From NCBI GenBank assembly GCA_027315185.1, contig DAHUYO010000007.1, positions 1,725 to 65,724 of the forward strand: 64,000 bases of DNA, given 5' to 3'. Positions within the stretch are counted from its first letter, which is position 1. Each line of letters opens with the position of its first letter. Positions 58,420-64,000 of the stretch are shown one piece after another. This DNA is from Acidobacteriota bacterium (lineage in GTDB: Bacteria > Acidobacteriota > Terriglobia > Terriglobales > SCQP01). The notes under the pieces are model-generated. The model was given only the letters and a program-made list of their open reading frames with translations. It had not been told where the DNA came from and did no database searches. Position numbers and translations under genes: made by a program.

Positions 58420-59853
58420 TCAGTGGCCGCCGGATACGGAACGCGCCAGCTCCGCCAGCACATCCAGCAGGGCCGGTTCTTGCTCCTCGGCCACGGTGCG
58501 TGGGTCCAATAATACCCGGCCTGCGTGAATACGGGCGATCACTGGCGGGGTGGCGGCGCGCAGCCGCGCCTCCAGTTCATCCGCGGTCCATTCCTCCGGC
58601 GCCAGCGCCACGGCAAACGTCGCCAAACTTTGGCCCGGCGTCGAACCGCCGCCGACCACCGATTCCGCGGCCACCACCTCCGCCCGCCAAAACCCGTCTT
58701 GCGCCGCGTCCAGCGCCGCCGCCCAGCGCCGTGCGCGGGCCTCCAGGTCGCCGGCGAAGATCATCCGCAGCGCCGGAATGTCCGCATACCGCTGCCGCGC
58801 GTAGGCGCGCAGCGTCGCCTCCAAGGCGGCATAGGTCAGCCGGTCCACGCGCAGCGCGCGAAACAGCGGGTTGGCCCGCAACCGGTCGAGAATCGCCCGC
58901 CGTCCGCTCAGCAGCCCGGCCTGCGGCCCGCCGAGCAGCTTGTCACCGCTATAAGTGACCACGGCCACGCCCGCCGCCAGGCTATCGCCCACCAGCGGCT
59001 CGCGCGGCAACCCCGCCGGCGACAGATCGAGCAGGCAGCCGCTGCCCAGGTCCTCGGCCACGGGGACGCCCGTTTCCGCGCCTAGGGCGCACAGCTCCGC
59101 CAGCGCCGGCTGTTCAATAAACCCGCGCATTTCGAAGTTGCTGCGGTGTACGCGCAAGATCAGCCGTGTCGCCGGCGTGATCGCGCGGCGGTAGTCTCCA
59201 ATCCGCGTGCGGTTCGTCGCCCCCACTTCCACCAGCCGTGCCCCGCCCCGCGCCAGCACCTCCGGAATCCGGAACGAACCACCGATTTCCACCAACTCCC
59301 CGCGAGAAACCAGCACCTCGCCCGGCACCTCACCGGGCGTCTCCGCCGCCGCCAGCGTGTTCACCACCAGCAGCACCGCCGCGGCGTTGTTGTTCACCAC
59401 CAGCGTGCGTTCTGCTCCGGTCAATTCGCAGGCCAGCGCTTCCGCATGCACGTCCCGCCGCCCCCGCCGCCCCGTCGCGAGATCGAACTCCAGGTTGGAA
59501 TAGCCAACGGCCAGCTCCGCGACCCGCGCCGCCGCCTCCGCGCTCAGCGGCGCCCGTCCCAGGTTGGTGTGCAGAATGGTCCCGGTGGCGTTGATCACCG
59601 GGCGCAGCGACCACGCCAGCCGCGCCGCCCCGCGCGCCCGCAACTCCGCCGCGATCGGCTCGGTCGTCCCGCCCCCGCCCTGCCGCCAGTCCCGCCGCCG
59701 CGCCTCCAACGCTTCCCGAATCACCGCCCGCGCCCAGGCCGGCCCCAGCGCCTCCCACAGCGCCGCCAACTCCGGCGCGCGCAGCAGTTCATCCACGGAG
59801 GGCAGCGCGGGCATGGTCTGCGAAGGCGCCGCCGCCTGGCGTTCGGCTTTCAC
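58420..59853 (-). CDS. selA: L-seryl-tRNA(Sec) selenium transferase
   Basis: 'INATGTILHTNLGRAP', 'NNNAAAV', 'SRGELVEIGGSFRIP', 'EDLGSG', 'SGDKLLGGPQAG'. Confidence 0.95.
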   Translation of the reverse strand: MKAERQAAAPSQTMPALPSVDELLRAPELAALWEALGPAWARAVIREALEARRRDWRQGGGGTTEPIAAELRARGAARLAWSLRPVINATGTILHTNLGRAPLSAEAAARVAELAVGYSNLEFDLATGRRGRRDVHAEALACELTGAERTLVVNNNAAAVLLVVNTLAAAETPGEVPGEVLVSRGELVEIGGSFRIPEVLARGGARLVEVGATNRTRIGDYRRAITPATRLILRVHRSNFEMRGFIEQPALAELCALGAETGVPVAEDLGSGCLLDLSPAGLPREPLVGDSLAAGVAVVTYSGDKLLGGPQAGLLSGRRAILDRLRANPLFRALRVDRLTYAALEATLRAYARQRYADIPALRMIFAGDLEARARRWAAALDAAQDGFWRAEVVAAESVVGGGSTPGQSLATFAVALAPEEWTADELEARLRAATPPVIARIHAGRVLLDPRTVAEEQEPALLDVLAELARSVSGGH

Positions 59854-59918
59854 GCAAGCTTCCTCATGGGGTCACGAACCGCCGGAATCACGCCGGCGGT
59901 CGCGGCGCGCCGCCGGGC

Positions 59919-61001
59919 TTAGGCCTTGACCGGCTCGGCAGCCGCTTCTTTCAATTTTTCCGCCTGGTCGTTCGCCGCCAGCGCGTCCACGATCTCGTCC
60001 AACCGCCCGTCCATCACCTCCGCCAGCCGGTGCAGCGTCAGCCCGATGCGATGGTCGGTGACGCGGTTCTGCGGAAAGTTGTAGGTGCGGATCTTTTCGC
60101 TGCGCTCGCCGCTGCCCACCTGGGAGCGCCGCTCCGCCGCGATCTGCTCGTGCTGCTTCTGCTGTTCGATCTCCAGCAGCCGCGACCGCAGCACCCGCTC
60201 CGCCTTGGCCCGGTTCTTGATCTGCGATTTCTCGTCCTGGCAGGACACCACCAGTCCGGTTGGCAGATGCGTGATGTGCACCGCCGAATAGGTGGTGTTC
60301 ACCGACTGTCCGCCCGGGCCGGAGGAACAGAAGGTGTCGATGCGAATGTCCTTGGGGTCAATCTTGACGTCCACTTCCTCCGCTTCCGGCAGCACCGCCA
60401 CCGTCACGGTCGAGGTGTGCACGCGTCCCTGCTGTTCCGTCTGCGGCACGCGCTGCACGCGGTGCACGCCGCTCTCATATTTCAGCCGGCTGTAGGCCCC
60501 TTTGCCCTCGACGATGGCCACCACTTCCTTCAGTCCATGCACGCCGCTCTCGCTGGACGACATGATCTCCACCCGCCACCGCCGCTGCTCCGCGTAACGC
60601 GTGTACATGCGGAACATTTCCGCCGCGAACAAGCTGGCCTCGTCCCCGCCGGTCCCGGCCCGCAACTCCAGCACCACGTTCTTTTCGTCGTTCGGGTCTT
60701 TCGGCAGCAGCAGGCGTTTTAGGTCCTCTTCCACCTCGCCGCGGCGCCGCTCCAAGGCGGCGAGTTCCTCCTCCGCCAGTTGCCGCATTTCGCCCTCCGC
60801 CCCTTGCAGGATTTCCTGCGTGTCGGCGATGGACTGGCGAATCTGCCGGTATTCCCGGTACCGCTCCACCGTCTCCATCAGCTCGGAATGCGCCTTCGCC
60901 ACCTTGGGGTAGCGCGCGGAGTCGGCCAGCAGTTCCGCCGAGGCGAGCTGTTTCGTCAGTTCCTCGTACTGGGCTTCGATGTGTTCCAAACGCTCAAACA
61001 T
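59919..61001 (-). CDS. prfA: Peptide chain release factor 1
   Basis: 'GTGGDEA', PxT motif 'VPQTE', 'GPGGQSVN', 'RTYNFPQNR'. Confidence 0.97.
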   Translation of the reverse strand: MFERLEHIEAQYEELTKQLASAELLADSARYPKVAKAHSELMETVERYREYRQIRQSIADTQEILQGAEGEMRQLAEEELAALERRRGEVEEDLKRLLLPKDPNDEKNVVLELRAGTGGDEASLFAAEMFRMYTRYAEQRRWRVEIMSSSESGVHGLKEVVAIVEGKGAYSRLKYESGVHRVQRVPQTEQQGRVHTSTVTVAVLPEAEEVDVKIDPKDIRIDTFCSSGPGGQSVNTTYSAVHITHLPTGLVVSCQDEKSQIKNRAKAERVLRSRLLEIEQQKQHEQIAAERRSQVGSGERSEKIRTYNFPQNRVTDHRIGLTLHRLAEVMDGRLDEIVDALAANDQAEKLKEAAAEPVKA

Positions 61002-61121
61002 GGCTTCCTCGGCCGCGCCGCTCGCGGCTCTTCTTGCCGATCTTGGCCTCTGGGCCGGGTTCTAGCGCCGTGCGGCGCGAACTCGCGCCGGCGCCTGCCC
61101 CCAGCGCGGGCCGCACCGGGG

Positions 61122-62171
61122 TCACGCGATCACCAACTCCCCGCCTTTGGCTTTCTCCAGCTCCATGGTCTCCTCCAGCGCGCGGATGGCGCAGGCCAGT
61201 TGCCCGGCGTCCGGCTCCCGCGTGGTGATCCGTTGCAGCCACAGGCCCGGCCGCGCCAGCAAGGCGAACAGCGACCGGCCATGCCGCGCCGAGAAGCGGA
61301 TCATCTCATACCCGCCGCCCACCAGCAGCGGCAGCAGCGCCAGCCGCAGTCCCAGCTTCAGCCAAAATCCATCCAGCGGCAGGAACATGTACACCACGAT
61401 CGCCAGCAGCAAAATCACCACCATGAAGCTGGTGCCGCAGCGCGGGTGCAGCCGCCCGCAGCGCCGCGCGTTCTCCACCGTCACCGGCGCGCCGGACTCA
61501 TAGTTGAACACCACTTTATGTTCGGCGCCATGGTATTCATAGACGCGGCGAATATCCGGCAGCAGCGCCAAGACGGCGATGAAGCCGACGAACAGCGCCA
61601 GGCGGATCAGCCCGTCGGCCAGGTTGAAGGCCCATTGGCTGCGAAACGCCGGCGAGAGCCGCTCCAATTCCGTCGCCGCCAGGAGCGGCAAAAACTTGTA
61701 AAAGGCGATGAAGAAGGCCACCGAGGCGGCCACGCTGAGCCAGACGCCGATCGAGCTCTCGCTTTTCTTCTCCGTCGGCGGTTCCGCCGCCGGTTCCTCG
61801 CCCAGCGCCGCCTGCCCGCTGAAGCGCAGCGCCCGCACGCCCAGCGCCATGGCCTGGCCCAGAACCGCCAAGCCGCGCAGCACCGGCCAGCGCCAGAACC
61901 GCCGCTTCTCGCTGGGCCGCGACCAGGGTTGCCGCGTCGTCGCCAGCTCGCCATCCGGCCGCCGCACCGCAACCGCGTAGGCGTGCGGCGAGCGCATCAT
62001 CACGCCCTCGATCACCGCCTGCCCGCCGATCAAAAATTCGGCATCCGCCGCGTGCAGCCACGCCTGCAACAACAGCTGCTGCCGCAGGAGCCGGCGCACG
62101 CCGGCGCCCAGGGTGGAAAATCGCATGCCGGACATGGCGGTGATTGGCGGCGCGCCATGGGGCCGTAACAC
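61122..62171 (-). CDS. DUF1385 membrane protein (start uncertain)
   Basis: 'IGGQAVIEGVMMR', 'YHGAEHK', 'HPRCGTSF', 'LQRITTREP'. Confidence 0.9.
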   Translation of the reverse strand: MLRPHGAPPITAMSGMRFSTLGAGVRRLLRQQLLLQAWLHAADAEFLIGGQAVIEGVMMRSPHAYAVAVRRPDGELATTRQPWSRPSEKRRFWRWPVLRGLAVLGQAMALGVRALRFSGQAALGEEPAAEPPTEKKSESSIGVWLSVAASVAFFIAFYKFLPLLAATELERLSPAFRSQWAFNLADGLIRLALFVGFIAVLALLPDIRRVYEYHGAEHKVVFNYESGAPVTVENARRCGRLHPRCGTSFMVVILLLAIVVYMFLPLDGFWLKLGLRLALLPLLVGGGYEMIRFSARHGRSLFALLARPGLWLQRITTREPDAGQLACAIRALEETMELEKAKGGELVIA

Positions 62172-62373
62172 CGGGCCTTAGCGCCGCATTATCTTAGCTT
62201 TAAGGATAGCAGAGAGGCCAAGCCCGCGCGCTGCCGCCGCGCCCGGGCCGCAAGCGTCCGTGCTCACGCCACCGGCCCATCTTCCCGATCCACGGCGGCG
62301 CCACGCTCGACCCGAGCGATTCCCTAGGGCCGCGGAACGAAGCCTAGGCCCTATCGCCGGGCTCGCCGCGTGG

Positions 62374-63654
62374 TTAGCTGTAGCGCAGCCAGCGCATCAA
62401 CTCGGGCAGATTCGGCCGCTTGCCGGTCATCAAAATCCCCACCCGGTACAGTCGGCTGGTCACCTTCATGATGAGCCACACCGCCACCGCGCAGAGCGCC
62501 CAGGACAGCACGATTTGCCATAGCGGCGGGTTGGCGATGGGGATGCGCATCATCATCAGCACCGGCGCAAAGAAGGGGATCTCCGACAGCACCACCGCCA
62601 GAATCGAGTTCGGCGTGGTCAGCACCGTGAAGCCCATCAGCAGCGCCGCGACCAACAACAGCGTGATCGGCATCTGCGATTGCTGCGCTTCCTGTTCGCT
62701 GCTGACGATGGCTCCCACCGCGGCGTACAGGCTGGCGTAGACCAAAAAGCCCAGCAGGAACAGCACCACGAAGGAAACGTACACCATCGGCCCTAGGTGC
62801 GGCACCTGTTTCATCCAGCCCGCCTTGCCGGCGGCCAGCGATGCGGCCCCCGCATAGGCGGCGAACAGCGCCAGCGAGACCACCCAAACCAGCGCCTGCG
62901 TCAGCGCCGCCCCGGCCACGCCGATCACCTTGCCCATCAGCAGGCCGAACGCGTCCACCGACGCCAGCACGACCTCCGCCACCCGGTTGGTCTTTTCCTC
63001 CACCACGCTGCGCATGAAGGTCACGCCATTGATGATGAGCACGAAATAGAGCAGGAAGCCGAGAATATAGCCCAGCACCACGGCTCCGCCGGTATTCTTG
63101 CTCTCGCCGCTGGCGGTCACCTTCAGCTCGTGCAAATGAAAGGTAGCGAAGAACTGCGGCAACTGCGCCCCGGCGATGCCCGCGTTCTTCAGGCGCACGC
63201 GCGTCACCGCCGATTCCAGCCCGTGCTCCATGGTCCCGAGCAGGTTGAAATTCGCCACGTTCTTGGCGTGGTACTGCGCCAAGTTGGATTGCAGCACGTC
63301 GGCGGGAATCACGAGAAATCCGGTGAATTTTCCCGCCAGCACCTGCCGGCGCAGCCGCGCCTCGACCGCCGGCAGCGCCGCCGGCGTCGCCGCCACCTCC
63401 TCCAGCCGGAACTGCCGCTGCCCGTTCGGCAGCTTATCGCTCAGTTCATGGCGCAGCGCCGGGAAGACCTGGTGCGACAGGTCCACCACGGCCAGATGCG
63501 CCTTGGCGTTGGCCCCCGCCTTGCTGACCACCGCGACGATGAAGAAAATGTAGCCGCCGATGATCGCCGGCAGCAGCACCGTGAAGATGACGAATCCCTT
63601 GGTCCGTACCCGTTGCAGATATTCGCGCTTGGCGACGATCAGGGTCTTGTTCAT
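62374..63654 (-). CDS. ABC-2 type (NatB-like) permease
   Basis: 'AKREY..RVR.K.F', 'VVEEKTNRVAEV', 'GKVIG', 'IPFFAP', 'YRVGILMTGK.P'. Confidence 0.9.
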   Translation of the reverse strand: MNKTLIVAKREYLQRVRTKGFVIFTVLLPAIIGGYIFFIVAVVSKAGANAKAHLAVVDLSHQVFPALRHELSDKLPNGQRQFRLEEVAATPAALPAVEARLRRQVLAGKFTGFLVIPADVLQSNLAQYHAKNVANFNLLGTMEHGLESAVTRVRLKNAGIAGAQLPQFFATFHLHELKVTASGESKNTGGAVVLGYILGFLLYFVLIINGVTFMRSVVEEKTNRVAEVVLASVDAFGLLMGKVIGVAGAALTQALVWVVSLALFAAYAGAASLAAGKAGWMKQVPHLGPMVYVSFVVLFLLGFLVYASLYAAVGAIVSSEQEAQQSQMPITLLLVAALLMGFTVLTTPNSILAVVLSEIPFFAPVLMMMRIPIANPPLWQIVLSWALCAVAVWLIMKVTSRLYRVGILMTGKRPNLPELMRWLRYS

Positions 63655-63669
63655 GGCTGCCCCTTCCGG

Positions 63670-64000
63670 CTACCGCCCCTCGCGGCTGCCCGCGGCGGCC
63701 GGCGCCGCCGCTTCGCGTCCGCCCACGGCTTCCAAAAAGATTTGGTTCAATGTCGGCTCCTGGAGGGCGAAACCGGTGACTTCGATCCGCCCGGCCAAAT
63801 AGCGCAGCAGCACCGCCGCATCGGCGCCGGGCGCTAGCCGCACTTCGGCGTAATTGCCGTAATCGTCCACCTCCGCCACTCCCGGCGCGGTGCGCAACAC
63901 GCCGCCGTCGCCGCGGTAATCCACCCGCGCCGAGCTTTTCCCCGCCGCCGCCCGGATCGCCGCCAATTCGCCGTCCAGCACCTTTTCGCCGCGGTGGATC
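63670..64000 (-). CDS. ABC transporter ATPase C-terminal part (NatA-like), truncated by window edge
   Basis: 'IHRGEKVLDG', 'EPTLNQIF' tail; directly upstream of the ABC-2 permease. Confidence 0.8.
   Translation of the reverse strand, partial: IHRGEKVLDGELAAIRAAAGKSSARVDYRGDGGVLRTAPGVAEVDDYGNYAEVRLAPGADAAVLLRYLAGRIEVTGFALQEPTLNQIFLEAVGGREAAAPAAAGSREGR

Overview
High-GC bacterial chromosomal window. Gene content and protein style (futalosine-type UbiD, dnaK-dnaJ-hspR, PGN-type EF-P, insertion-bearing IspE) suggest Acidobacteriota, possibly an acidophile; this is inference only. Positions 1-9.6 kb hold the 3' part of a dissociated type II FAS/PKS-like cluster: FabL-like reductase, long-insert ACP, FabZ, two intact ketosynthases each next to a catalytically dead KS/CLF-like partner, FabG, a PaaK-like ligase and a DegT/RifK-like aminotransferase. 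A single-ring ClpA/C-type ATPase with a ClpP-docking-like LGF loop follows. The middle contains stress and envelope genes, an unannotated 43-aa membrane peptide behind a near-consensus sigma-54 promoter, efp, pckA, a hybrid kinase/receiver pair, thiolase, rarA, an exporter with three periplasmic adaptors plus MacB permease and TolC but no ATPase, a WtpA-type W/Mo uptake operon with a Xis-HTH/TOBE regulator, and dnaK-dnaJ-hspR with two HAIR-like operators. The right part is mostly housekeeping (ffh-rpsP-khpA-rimM-trmD; prfA, selA, ispE, tRNA-Gln, prs, rplY, pth, rpsF, rpsR, rplI). Other signals: about 11 apparently leaderless genes, a decayed VapC remnant, a structured-RNA/promoter segment inside ispE, and a GC-skew switch near 20-25 kb. 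No CRISPR array, rRNA or intact mobile element was seen. All assignments come from motif recognition by eye, without database searches.
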